64,000 nucleotides of DNA from an uncultured delta proteobacterium (GCA_963796055.1 CAWCKH010000006.1:123685-187684); one strand, 5' to 3'; numbered from the stretch's first letter, positions 49,650 to 59,026 are shown. Program-made: numbers and translations. Notes: generated by a model from the letters alone, not told the origin.

Positions 49650-50495
49650 TCAGCGCGCGGTGCTCGACACCGTCTCCCGGGCGGGGCGTGGGTCGCGCAC
49701 CTCCCACAGCGAGACGCCCTCCACCTTCCAGGTGTAGCGGGCGTGCCGCGCGAGCAGGTGCGACAGCTCCTCGTCCACCACGCCGTCCTTCCACCCCCGG
49801 GTGGCGTGGCGCAGGAACGTCTTCCCGCCGCGCTGGACGACGAAGCCGAGGTGACTGACCCGGGTGATGCGCCAGGGTGCGTCCTCACGCACCAGGAGCA
49901 GCAAGGTGCCCGACGGCCAGCTCGCGGCGCGGGCGGCGACCTCGGCGACCGGGAGGATGGAGAGCGGGAAGCGTCCGGTGGGGCGCGCCTCGGGCGGGAG
50001 CGCCAGGGCACGGGCGGTGGTGGAGCTCCAGGCCTCGGGGCCGAGGACCTTCCAGCCTGCGACGGCAGCTCCCCCGCCGAGCTGTGCGGTGACGTCGCGG
50101 ACCATTCCCTTGGCGGCGTTGGACGGCAGCCACTCTGCCTCCATGAGGTGGTTGCGCCCTGCGTAGTCGGGGCGGGTCCGATAGCGCACCGAGTCGAGGA
50201 CGTGCACCACGTCCTCCACCGAGCTGGACAGGGCGAGGGCCATTACCGTCTCGACGAAGGTGAGACAGTCCACGTGGTCGAGGCGCAGACGCGGGTCCGG
50301 GTCCTGGCCCTCCCCCTCCCCGAGCGGCGAATGGGTGTACGGGGTGCCGAGGAGCTGCGCGCTCAGCCCCAGGAGCCGACCCTCGAGGGGACGGCCCCGG
50401 ACGGAGCCGAGCAACGCCTCGAGCCGGTCGTCGTCCGCCCCGGGGTACGCAGGAGGGGCGAGGAGGATGAGGCTGAGGGCGGTGGCGACGATCAC
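49650..50495 (-). CDS. DUF1460 (AmiA-like NlpC/P60) N-acetylmuramoyl-L-alanine amidase-like protein
   Basis: Signal peptide, LGTPY...LGEG, DCLTFVE, RNH...W, SHLGFV...RHA; GTG start inferred. Confidence 0.82.
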   Translation of the reverse strand: MIVATALSLILLAPPAYPGADDDRLEALLGSVRGRPLEGRLLGLSAQLLGTPYTHSPLGEGEGQDPDPRLRLDHVDCLTFVETVMALALSSSVEDVVHVLDSVRYRTRPDYAGRNHLMEAEWLPSNAAKGMVRDVTAQLGGGAAVAGWKVLGPEAWSSTTARALALPPEARPTGRFPLSILPVAEVAARAASWPSGTLLLLVREDAPWRITRVSHLGFVVQRGGKTFLRHATRGWKDGVVDEELSHLLARHARYTWKVEGVSLWEVRDPRPARETVSSTAR

Positions 50496-50554
50496 GGGGC
50501 GACCGGCCGCATCGTCCCCGGGCCACGGCGCACTGTCCAACGGGGGCCTGGGCC

Positions 50555-51979
50555 TCAGCGGCGAGCGAGCGCCGAGGCGCTCTCGACCAGCTGGGCCCAC
50601 AGCGCGGCGACATCCTCGTCGGCCGTCCCGGTGGTGCCGATGGAGACCCGGAGGAGCTGCACCTCCTTCACCACCGCAGGGGTGAGGTAGGCGCGTCCGG
50701 AGGCGTTGACCGCCCGGGCGAGCGCGAGGTTGTGCGCATCGAGCGCGGCCCCCTCGAGGCCGGGTGGGCGGTGCCGGAGCGAGACGGTCTGCAGCGGAAC
50801 GGGCGCCAGGCGCTCCCAGCCAGCCGTGGTGTCGACCTTGTCGGCCAGCCACCGGGCGAGGGCGAGATGGCGGCGGACCTGGGCCCGGACGCCCTCGATG
50901 CCCAGGGCGGAGAGGACGAACCAAACCTTGAGGCTGCGGAAGCGCCGGCCCAGGGCGATGCCCCAGTCGCGGTAGTTCTTCACCCGGCCGTCCTGCGCGG
51001 TGCGGAGGTAGCTCGGATCGGTGGCCATGACGCGCACCAGGTGGTCGGGATCGCGCACGTGGTAGGCGGTGCAGTCGAAGCCGATGCCCAGCCACTTGTG
51101 GGGATTCCAGACGACGGAGTCGGCCTGCTCCACGCCCTGCCACATCCAGCGGAGCTCGGGACAGGCCATGGCAGTGCCGGCGAATGCGGCGTCGACGTGG
51201 AGCCAGGCCCGGTGCGCGCGGGCGAGCTCGCCCATCCGCGCGACCGGGTCGATCGCGGTGGTGCCGGTGCTGCCCACGGTGGCGACGACCGCGCAGGGCC
51301 GGCGGCCGGCCGCGACGTCGCCCCGCAGCGCCTCCTCGAGCGCCTCGGGGAGGAGGGCGTGGTTCTCGTCCGTGGGGAGCAACTGCAGATTCTCCCTTCC
51401 GAAGCCGGCAAGCACCGCGGCCTTCTCGATGGAGCTGTGTGCCATCTCCGAGGCGTAGACGGTGAGCGGTGCGGGTTCCGCCTGCAGGCCGCCGCGGGTC
51501 TGCCCGTGGCCGGTGGTGCGCTCGCGCGCGCAGAGGAGCGCCACGAGGGTGGCGGTGCTGGCGGTGTCCTGGATGACGCCGGAGAAGGTGGGCGGCAGGC
51601 CGACGAGCTGCCGGAGCCACTCCATCGCCACCTCCTCGAGCTCGGTGGCGGCCGGGCTCGTCTGCCAGCTCATGCCCTGGGCGCCGAGGCCGGCGGCGAC
51701 CAGGTCAGCCAGCACCGAGGGCAGCGTGGAGTTCGAGGGGAAGTAGGCGAAGAACCGCGGATGGTTCCAGTGGGTGATGCCGGGGAGGATGGCGGTGTCG
51801 AGCTGCGGGAGGAGCCCCTCGAGCGGCAGGCCATGCTCGGGGGGCGCCGGGGCGAAGTGGCGGCGGACATCGCCGGGCTGCACCGGGCTCATGACCGGAA
51901 GACCGTCCAGGCGCTCGCGGTAGGCGGCCACCCATTCGATGAGCTGGTGTCCAAGTGCGCGGAACTCGTCGGGTGTCAT
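50555..51979 (-). CDS. PLP-dependent aromatic-L-amino-acid decarboxylase (group II)
   Basis: PGITHWNHPRFFAYFP, SPAATELE, AHSSIEKA, HVDAA, NPHKW, LGRRFRSLK. Confidence 0.93.
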   Translation of the reverse strand: MTPDEFRALGHQLIEWVAAYRERLDGLPVMSPVQPGDVRRHFAPAPPEHGLPLEGLLPQLDTAILPGITHWNHPRFFAYFPSNSTLPSVLADLVAAGLGAQGMSWQTSPAATELEEVAMEWLRQLVGLPPTFSGVIQDTASTATLVALLCARERTTGHGQTRGGLQAEPAPLTVYASEMAHSSIEKAAVLAGFGRENLQLLPTDENHALLPEALEEALRGDVAAGRRPCAVVATVGSTGTTAIDPVARMGELARAHRAWLHVDAAFAGTAMACPELRWMWQGVEQADSVVWNPHKWLGIGFDCTAYHVRDPDHLVRVMATDPSYLRTAQDGRVKNYRDWGIALGRRFRSLKVWFVLSALGIEGVRAQVRRHLALARWLADKVDTTAGWERLAPVPLQTVSLRHRPPGLEGAALDAHNLALARAVNASGRAYLTPAVVKEVQLLRVSIGTTGTADEDVAALWAQLVESASALARR

Positions 51980-52056
51980 CGGACCGGTGACGGTACACCT
52001 TGCCGCGGGGCGCCGAGAGGCCGATGTTTCCGGCTCCCGCGACGGGGCCAGGAGAC

Positions 52057-52317
52057 ATGAGCCGGCTCGAACAGGACCAGGTGGGCAGCTGCAGCTTCGT
52101 GGACGTGCTCGAGGAGGCGGTGCTGGTGAAGCGCCCGGTGGCCATCGAGCTCCGCGACGGGACGACGTTCATCGACCAGGTGACCGACGTGACGACCGAG
52201 TCGGGGCAGGACTTCGCAGTGTTCCGGAGCCACGCCCGCGTGCCGGTGCGGGACATCGCGGCGGCGACCCGGGCCGAGCCGCCGCGCCGGCCCAGCCCTC
52301 CGGACCCCCGCGGGTGA
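52057..52317 (+). CDS. Rof/YaeO-like (Rho-binding antiterminator-like) small protein
   Basis: C.FVD.LEEA......V.IEL.DG......D.....G..F pattern; good RBS (GGAG). Confidence 0.5.
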   Translation: MSRLEQDQVGSCSFVDVLEEAVLVKRPVAIELRDGTTFIDQVTDVTTESGQDFAVFRSHARVPVRDIAAATRAEPPRRPSPPDPRG

Positions 52318-52401
52318 GGGTTCGGCCCCCCAGGCCGGGGGCCTGTCCGGGGGTCCGCCGTTGCAGCCTGATGGGCCCGTCTGCTAGCCCGTCGGGCACC
52401 G

Positions 52402-53508
52402 ATGGCGCGCTTCGAGGTCTTCATTCCCGCGGCGGAGCCGGGCAGCTTCGACGTCACGCTCCGCGTGGACGCAGCGAACTGGATGCAGGCCCTGAAGTCG
52501 GGCTTCCACCGGCTCGGGGAGCAGGGGCTCGTCCCGCACAACGTGCTGGTGGACGTGCATGACGACGGCTCGGTGCACGTCACCGACGCCAACAGCACCC
52601 GGGTGTTCCGCATCCGCGAGATGAGCGAGGCGGAGACCGCGGCGGCCAAGGTGAAGCCGAAGCCGACGCCCATCGGCACGCCGCTGCCCGAGCCGGTCGT
52701 CCCGCCCCCCTCGGCGGCGATGGTGGACGTGGTCAGCCAGACGGAGCGGCCTGACCTGCCGCTGGTGGGCATCGCCCGCGAGGTGAAGGACCCGCATCTG
52801 ACGAGCGGGAGTGACGTGCGGCCGGCCCCCGGGTTCGAGCCGACGGTGCTGCGGCCCCCGGACCGGCCGGCCTCGCCGATGGCGCCCCGTCCGACGCCGA
52901 TGAGCACGCCGCGGGTCATCCTCCCGCCGACCCACGAGCTGGTCTCGTCGCCGAAGCCACCCCCGGGACCCATCGGCCGCAGGAAGCCGGCGCGCTCGCC
53001 GGCAGCGCAGATGGAGGACGTGCTCGCCGAGGTGTTCGAGCGGGTGCAGGGCGTCTACCAGCGCCGCGACGCGGCGGACGGGCTCGGGTTCCTGCTCGAT
53101 CTGGCGATGGAGAAGATCCCCGTGGAGGCCGGCAGCGTCTTCTCCAGCGAGCTGGTCTCGGGAGATCTCCGCTTCGCGGTGGTGCGGGGGCCCAAGGCCC
53201 AGGAGATCCTCCAGGCGAAGATCGTGATCCCGGCGGGGACGGGCATCGTGGGGTTCTGCGCGGTGGAGGGCGTGTCGCTGGCGCTGTCCGACGTGCAGAA
53301 GGACCCGCGCTTCTACCGTGGGGTCTCGGACCGGGTGCACTACGAGACCCGGAGCATCCTCTGCTCGCCGATCATCGCCCACGGCCGGACGTTCGGGTGC
53401 ATGGAGCTGGTGAACCGGCGCGAGTCCCCGGTGTTCAGCGAGTACGAGGTGGGGATGCTCTCGTACATCGCGCACCAGGGCGCGATGTTCCTCGACACGC
53501 TGGGGTGA
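52402..53508 (+). CDS. GAF-domain protein with small N-terminal domain and Pro-rich linker
   Basis: GIVGF...DVQKDPRF...TRSILCSPI...GCMELVN GAF signature. Confidence 0.85.
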   Translation: MARFEVFIPAAEPGSFDVTLRVDAANWMQALKSGFHRLGEQGLVPHNVLVDVHDDGSVHVTDANSTRVFRIREMSEAETAAAKVKPKPTPIGTPLPEPVVPPPSAAMVDVVSQTERPDLPLVGIAREVKDPHLTSGSDVRPAPGFEPTVLRPPDRPASPMAPRPTPMSTPRVILPPTHELVSSPKPPPGPIGRRKPARSPAAQMEDVLAEVFERVQGVYQRRDAADGLGFLLDLAMEKIPVEAGSVFSSELVSGDLRFAVVRGPKAQEILQAKIVIPAGTGIVGFCAVEGVSLALSDVQKDPRFYRGVSDRVHYETRSILCSPIIAHGRTFGCMELVNRRESPVFSEYEVGMLSYIAHQGAMFLDTLG

Positions 53509-53554
53509 AGGAGGCCCTACGTGCCGCCATCGAGCAGCGGGGTGGCCGATCCCG

Positions 53555-54601
53555 TCAGTCGGGCTCGCGCGCGTCGCCGCCAAGGTGTTCGGGCTTCATG
53601 ACCTCGTCGAGCAGAACCGTGGCGTAGGAGCCGGCGGGAAGCGCGAACGAAAGCTCCACGGTCGAGCCGTCTGCTGACCAGCCCAGATCCGTGATCGGGA
53701 CCGCGAACGGCCGCCGCGTTCCCTCGGCGATGCTTCCGAGCCGCCGGAAGCTGTCGAGCCTGAGTCCCTCCGCGGAGAGCACGGCCTGCTCGGCGGCGTC
53801 GACCTCGCCCTCCGGCCGCTGCATCTTCCAGCCGAAGATGGGTCCGGTGGCGATGATCTCCCCCCGCTCCACCCGCGGCTGATCGACGTCCGGCTCCCGG
53901 CAGACGAAGAATCCGCCCGAGTCCGTCTTCCGCATCAGGTCACCCCGGAGCGCGCGGCGGAGCGTTCCGCCCTGGAGCCGCGCCTCGAGCATCCGATTGA
54001 AGAGCAGCGCCTGGTACGCCGAGACGTAGAGCTTGCGCTCGAAGGTGCTCGGGCGGTGCGGCAGCCGCTCGCCCCGGACCAGGGCGAGGCCCCGGAGCGC
54101 GGTGTCCCCTCGTCCGAACCGTTGCTCGCCGAACGCGTTGGGCAGCCCCTCGGCGACCAGCCGCTCCATGACCGGGCCCACGGCGTCGGGTCGCTCGGCG
54201 TCCCGGATGCGGATCCGGAACCGGTTCCCCCGGAGGTGCCCCACCCGCAGCTTGTTCCCGTGCCGGGCGAGCGCGAGCACCCGCAGCTCCGGGCGCGGCT
54301 CGAGCGCCGGCAGCGACGCCTCCGCCCGGGCGGGGACCGAGAGCCACTGCCGGGTCAAGGCGACGCGGTCCTTGAGCCCGGCCCAGGAGACCTCGGTGAT
54401 CTGCAGCCCCAGGGCCGAGGCAATGCGCCGCGCGGCGTCCGGCGTGTCGAGGCCCACCTTCTCCACCCAGAGATACAGGTGCTCGCCCTGGCCGGACGGC
54501 AGGTAGGCAGGGATCTCCTCGACCTCGAAGTCCTCCGGACTCGCCCGGAACCTGCCGCCGGTGCCTGGCAGTCCGGCGGTGAGCCGGAGCACGGCGCCCA
54601 T
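53555..54601 (-). CDS. truD: tRNA pseudouridine(13) synthase TruD
   Basis: EDFEVEE, GEH, AGLKDRVALTRQ, GNRF, PNAFGEQRFG, FALPAGSYAT. Confidence 0.95.
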   Translation of the reverse strand: MGAVLRLTAGLPGTGGRFRASPEDFEVEEIPAYLPSGQGEHLYLWVEKVGLDTPDAARRIASALGLQITEVSWAGLKDRVALTRQWLSVPARAEASLPALEPRPELRVLALARHGNKLRVGHLRGNRFRIRIRDAERPDAVGPVMERLVAEGLPNAFGEQRFGRGDTALRGLALVRGERLPHRPSTFERKLYVSAYQALLFNRMLEARLQGGTLRRALRGDLMRKTDSGGFFVCREPDVDQPRVERGEIIATGPIFGWKMQRPEGEVDAAEQAVLSAEGLRLDSFRRLGSIAEGTRRPFAVPITDLGWSADGSTVELSFALPAGSYATVLLDEVMKPEHLGGDAREPD

Positions 54602-54604
54602 GGC

Positions 54605-55891
54605 TCAATCGAGCGTGGCGACGAGGTCCTTGACCCGGCGCGCGAGGTCCTCGTCGGCGCGCGACTCCAGCAGCTCGCCAGCCTGAAAGAGCAGGAAGAA
54701 CATCACGTCGGAGAGCGCCTGCCGGAGCGAGGCCACGGGTTCGCTGCCCAGCGCCGCCCGGGATCTGGCGTAGGCGTCGAGCACCTTCCGCGTGTCGAAG
54801 CGGCCGTCCGTCCCGAGCTCCAGCCCGGCGAGGACCGGCGAGTCGGTCAGGGTGCGACTCGCGAGCGCGGCATTGGCCGCCTCGAGGAACTCCCTGGCCA
54901 TCCCCTTGCTGGCGACCTCGCGGGCGACCTCGGCGAAGATCTCCTCGAAGGTGGCCACCACGCGGACCGCGGGCTCGGACTCAGCCCCCCGTCCGGCGGC
55001 GCGCCCACGGGCGGGAGCGGCCACCTCGCCGTGCTTCACCTCGGAGACCGAGGCGTAGCCGCCCTCGAGCAGGCGGAAGAGAACCTTGGTGGCATCGAAC
55101 TCGCTGAGCTTGGCGGCCCGGGCGAGCTCCAGCACGGTGCGCTGGCCGTTGGCGAGGCCGAGGAGCCGGTCCTCGTCGGGGTGGAGCTTCCCGTCGCTGG
55201 GCCGCTTCTTGTTCACGTAGACGCGGCCGTGGGGAATGCGCTGCCGGAAGTGCTGGAGCTCGTCGATCTTCCGGATGGCGTCCATGAGCAGGCTCTGGGT
55301 GGAGAGCTGGACGGCCGGGCCGGCCTTGTCGTCGGGCTCCTGCTCGACGAGGGTGAAGGCGCCCTCGCGGGCGAGGACGATGGTGTGGAAGATCTCCGAG
55401 ACCTGCTCGGTGACGCAGGCCCACAGGTCATGCGGCTGGAGCATCCCGCGGTCGACGAGGGCCCGGCCCACGCGGCTGGGCGGGTTGTCGTGCAGGGCGT
55501 CCTCCACGTCCTTGCGGGCGGCGTGGCCGAGGCGGACCAGCACCTCGGAGAGGCGATCGGCGGGGTCCTCGCTGCTGGCGCCCCGGATCTCCCCGTCCTC
55601 GAGGGCGACCGAGCGTTCTCCCCCGTGGGCGTGGAGCCGCAGGGTGCCGGTCCAGCGCGACTGGCTGAGGAAGGCGATGAGGTCCGAGAGGGGGAAGCCG
55701 GAGGCATCGCCGATGAGGACGACGCGGGGAGCCTTGCTCCGTCCGCCCTCGGAGGGCTGGCGGAGGGCGGCGAGGAGGTCCGGCGCGGTGGGGAGGAGGA
55801 CGAAGCTGCCCTGGTGGGTGTCCAGCTCGCCCGAGGCCTCGGCGTCGGGAACGACACGCCCTCCGGACTCCACGCGGATGCGGGCGGTCAT
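54605..55891 (-). CDS. DUF4388 domain-containing protein
   Basis: GD...PLSDLIAFL...WTGTL...GEI..ASS...DRL...L; EGAF.L; LLMDAIRKIDE; C-terminal HTH-like part. Confidence 0.85.
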   Translation of the reverse strand: MTARIRVESGGRVVPDAEASGELDTHQGSFVLLPTAPDLLAALRQPSEGGRSKAPRVVLIGDASGFPLSDLIAFLSQSRWTGTLRLHAHGGERSVALEDGEIRGASSEDPADRLSEVLVRLGHAARKDVEDALHDNPPSRVGRALVDRGMLQPHDLWACVTEQVSEIFHTIVLAREGAFTLVEQEPDDKAGPAVQLSTQSLLMDAIRKIDELQHFRQRIPHGRVYVNKKRPSDGKLHPDEDRLLGLANGQRTVLELARAAKLSEFDATKVLFRLLEGGYASVSEVKHGEVAAPARGRAAGRGAESEPAVRVVATFEEIFAEVAREVASKGMAREFLEAANAALASRTLTDSPVLAGLELGTDGRFDTRKVLDAYARSRAALGSEPVASLRQALSDVMFFLLFQAGELLESRADEDLARRVKDLVATLD

Positions 55892-55907
55892 GGTCTCGCG
55901 GCGGGCC

Positions 55908-56774
55908 TCACCGGTTGGCCGTGGTCCAGGTGCCGTGGGTCTTCTGCCAGTCGAGCTCGTCGTCCACGGTGATGGCGAGGATCTCGGGCGCGGGCGCCAG
56001 GTCCAGCTTCCGGCCGTTGGCGAAGACGGTGGGGGTGGCGTTGACGCCCGCGGCCACACCCTGGGCGCGCTGGGCCTCGGCCTGCTCCTTGTAGGTCTTG
56101 TCGCCGAACGCCTTGCGCCACTCCGCGGCAGAGATGCCGTTCTTCGCCAGGATGTCCTGGAGGACCTCCGGGGAGAGCCGGCCCTGGGACTCGAAGATGG
56201 CGTCGTGCACCGGCCAGAGCTTGCCCTTGTCCCGGGCCAGCAGGGCGGCCTGTGCGGCGGGCATCGCGTTCGGGTGCTGGGTGAGCGGGAAGCTCATCCA
56301 GCAGAGCTTCACCCTGGAGGCGTTGGTGTCGGCGAACTTCTCCAGGGCGGGCCGGAGGACCGCGCAGTGGGGGCACTCGAAGTCGGAGAACTCGACCAGG
56401 GTGACGGGTCCCTTGCCGCGGCACTGCCGCTCGTCGACCTTGAAGGTGCTTCGCCCGTCGCGGAAGCCCTGGTCGTAGCGGGCGAGCTCGACGCCAATCT
56501 CCGCGGCGGTGATGCCCCGTGAGGCCTCGAAGGCGGCGAGCTGGGCGAGCCGGCGGCTGTGGCGGCACTCCGGGTGGCTCTTCAGGCACTGGCCGAGCGC
56601 GTGTGGCGAGCCACAACCGCAGAACTCATCCTCGAGCACGCGGTCGTACTCGGCACGGGCGGCGGGCGCGAGGGCCGAAGGGTCGGGAGCGTCCTGTGCG
56701 GCAGCAGGGGTCGTGGCCGTGCAGGCCAGGACCGCCGCCGCGGCGAGCCAGCAGGAGACGGGGGAGTTGCCCAC
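55908..56774 (-). CDS. DsbA-family thioredoxin-fold protein with extra N-terminal Cys cluster
   Basis: EFSDFECPHC, FPL..H, GVNATPT; N-terminal FCGCG.PH.LG.C.....C; GTG start inferred. Confidence 0.85.
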   Translation of the reverse strand: MGNSPVSCWLAAAAVLACTATTPAAAQDAPDPSALAPAARAEYDRVLEDEFCGCGSPHALGQCLKSHPECRHSRRLAQLAAFEASRGITAAEIGVELARYDQGFRDGRSTFKVDERQCRGKGPVTLVEFSDFECPHCAVLRPALEKFADTNASRVKLCWMSFPLTQHPNAMPAAQAALLARDKGKLWPVHDAIFESQGRLSPEVLQDILAKNGISAAEWRKAFGDKTYKEQAEAQRAQGVAAGVNATPTVFANGRKLDLAPAPEILAITVDDELDWQKTHGTWTTANR

Positions 56775-56852
56775 AGCAGCCCTTGCTACACGTCCGCCCG
56801 GAGCAGTTGCAAGGCGGCCGGCGGGGCTGCTGAAACTGGGGGGCAGGCGCCC

Positions 56853-57848
56853 GTGCCCACCCGTCCCCGAGTCCTGATGCTGCACACTGGCGGTACCCTG
56901 GGGATGGCGGGGGGACGCCCCTCGGCGCTGCGGCCGGCGCCGTTCGCCCGGACGCTCCGGGAGCGCATCCCGGAGCTGCACGCGCTGGCCGACGTGCGGC
57001 TGGAGGTGTTCAGCAACCTGGACTCGAGCGAGATCCAGCCCGAGTCGTGGGTGCAGCTGGCCCGCGTGCTGGCCCGGCGACTGCCGGAATTCGACGGGGC
57101 GGTGGTCACGCACGGGACGGACACGCTCGCCTACACCGCGAGCGCCCTCTCCTTCCTGCTTCCCGGGCTGGACCGGCCGGTGGTGCTGACCGGGAGTCAG
57201 CGCCCGCTCAAGGAGATACGGACGGACGCGCGCCTGAATCTCATCGACGCGGTGACCTCGGCGCTGCGGGGGCCGCCCGAGGTCACGGTGTGCTTCGACA
57301 GCAAGCTCTACCGGGGAAACCGGACGCTGAAGGCGGCGGTGGCGGACTACGACGCGTTCGAGAGCCCGAACTTCCCGCTCCTCGGGACGCTGGGGGTGAC
57401 CGCCCAGTTCGCGCCGGGGCTCCCGCCGCGGCGGCTGAAGCTGGTCGACCGGCTCGACCCGCGGGTGTTCCTGCTCAAGGTCTTTCCGGGGCTGGACCCT
57501 GCCCTCCCGCTGGCCCTGCTGGGACAGATGCGCGGCCTGGTGGTGGAGGCCTACGGGGCGGGCAACGTGCCGGTCGACGCGGCGGGCGGGCGTTCGCTTC
57601 GTCCCGTCTTCCAGGAGGCGCGCCGGCGGGGCGTGGCGGTCGTGATGGTGAGCCAGGCGCCGCGAAACGCGGTGGACCTGTCGCTGTACGAGGGGGGCTC
57701 GGCGGCGCTCTCCGAGGGCGCCGTCGGCGGCGGCGACATGACGTCTGTGGCGGCGCTGACCAAGCTCATGCACGTGCTCGGGGTGCACCGCTCGATGGCG
57801 GCCATTCGCCGCGCGATGGAGCGCATCGTGGCTGGCGAGCGGAGCTGA
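56853..57848 (+). CDS. ansA: L-asparaginase type I
   Basis: HTGGTLGM, DSS, HGTDT, TGSQ, RGNR, AFESPN, YGAGN. Confidence 0.9.
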   Translation: MPTRPRVLMLHTGGTLGMAGGRPSALRPAPFARTLRERIPELHALADVRLEVFSNLDSSEIQPESWVQLARVLARRLPEFDGAVVTHGTDTLAYTASALSFLLPGLDRPVVLTGSQRPLKEIRTDARLNLIDAVTSALRGPPEVTVCFDSKLYRGNRTLKAAVADYDAFESPNFPLLGTLGVTAQFAPGLPPRRLKLVDRLDPRVFLLKVFPGLDPALPLALLGQMRGLVVEAYGAGNVPVDAAGGRSLRPVFQEARRRGVAVVMVSQAPRNAVDLSLYEGGSAALSEGAVGGGDMTSVAALTKLMHVLGVHRSMAAIRRAMERIVAGERS

Positions 57849-57988
57849 AGCGCACCGTCGCCGGGGTTCCGTCGACGTTGAACGCGCTGGAACTGCTTCG
57901 CCAACGCAACGGGGGTGACCGGATGGAACGCCTCGGCGCACCCCCAGACCTCCCTCCGGCCGGACCGTCCGAAAATGATCCCCGCGTC

Positions 57989-58040
57989 GCACTTGGGAAC
58001 CGCCGCGGCACCTGGGAACCAGCTTCGGCACCTGGGAACC
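57989..58040 (+). repeat. Three tandem copies of GCACYTGGGAACC
   Basis: Copies start at 57989, 58008 and 58028 (periods 19 and 20 bp). Confidence 0.85.
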
Positions 58041-58225
58041 CGCTGAGCTCGGCGCGGCCCATCGCCGCTGCTGAGCGCCCGAGTTCCGCGCAGACGGGGG
58101 TGCGGGGCCGCGATCTCTGGCTGGGTGTGGTCCGCGACCATCTCCCGACGCTCTTGCATCCTGCGGCCGCATCGGCCATGGAGAGTCCCGCCGTTCAATC
58201 CTGATGGAGGGAGGTGACCCCGAAC

Positions 58226-58420
58226 ATGCCCGGAATCCGAGTGAAGGAAGGCGAGTCGATCGAGAGCGCGCTGAAGCGCTTCAAGAAGGCGACCGAGAAG
58301 GCCGGCATCCTGTCCGAGATCCGCAAGCGGGAGCACTACGAGAAGCCCTCCGTGAAACGGAAGAAGAAGGCGCTGGCGGCGAAGAAGCGCGCGGTGAAGA
58401 AGCAGCGCAAGACGTTCTAG
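58226..58420 (+). CDS. rpsU: 30S ribosomal protein S21
   Basis: [21 protein letters not shown]...KREHYEKPS. Confidence 0.97.
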   Translation: MPGIRVKEGESIESALKRFKKATEKAGILSEIRKREHYEKPSVKRKKKALAAKKRAVKKQRKTF

Positions 58421-58438
58421 CGCCGGCAGTGCATACGA

Positions 58439-58470
58439 GTGCCCGCCGGCCTCAGGTGCCCGGCGGGCGC
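58439..58470 (+). terminator. GC-rich hairpin between rpsU and yqeY
   Basis: GTGCCCGCCGG-N10-CCGGCGGGCGC 11-bp stem; no U-tract. Confidence 0.4.
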
Positions 58471-58492
58471 CAGTGACGGAAGGAACCCTCCC

Positions 58493-58948
58493 ATGGCGAG
58501 CCTGAAGGAACGCATCGATTCCGACCTCAGGGAGGCGATGCGCAGCAAGGACGAGCTCGGCACGAGCGTGCTGCGGATGCTGAAGAGCGCGGTGAAGTAC
58601 AAGGAGGTCGAGCCCGGAGGTCACGCGCTCGAGGACCCGGGCGTGCTCGCGGTCATCCAGACGCTCATCAAGCAGCGGCGCGAATCGGTCGAGCAGTTCC
58701 GTGCCGGTGGCCGACCCGAGCTGGCGGACAAGGAGGAGCGGGAGATCGCCAAGCTCCAGTCGTACCTCCCGGCGCAGCTGTCGCCGGACGAGCTTCGGGC
58801 CGAGGTGCGCGCCGCCGTCGCCCAGGTGGGTGCCAAGGGCCCCAAGGACATGGGCGCGGTGATGAAGGTGCTCATGCCAAGAGTCTCGGGCCGAGCCGAG
58901 GGCAAGGCCGTCTCCGAGGCGGTGAAGGCGGAGCTCACGCCGAAGTGA
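58493..58948 (+). CDS. GatB/YqeY domain protein
   Basis: LKERI..DL..AM...KQRRES...YLP.QL...KDMGAVM. Confidence 0.93.
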   Translation: MASLKERIDSDLREAMRSKDELGTSVLRMLKSAVKYKEVEPGGHALEDPGVLAVIQTLIKQRRESVEQFRAGGRPELADKEEREIAKLQSYLPAQLSPDELRAEVRAAVAQVGAKGPKDMGAVMKVLMPRVSGRAEGKAVSEAVKAELTPK

Positions 58949-59026
58949 GCTGACCGTCCGGCCTCCGGGGGAGCGTCCCGGGGCCCGGGCCGGAGTCACC
59001 ACGGAGGACTAGACTCGACCGACGCC

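Noticed and set aside
57989..58040. Mini CRISPR array
   Set aside because: Repeats are 13 bp with 6-7 nt spacers and no cas genes are present
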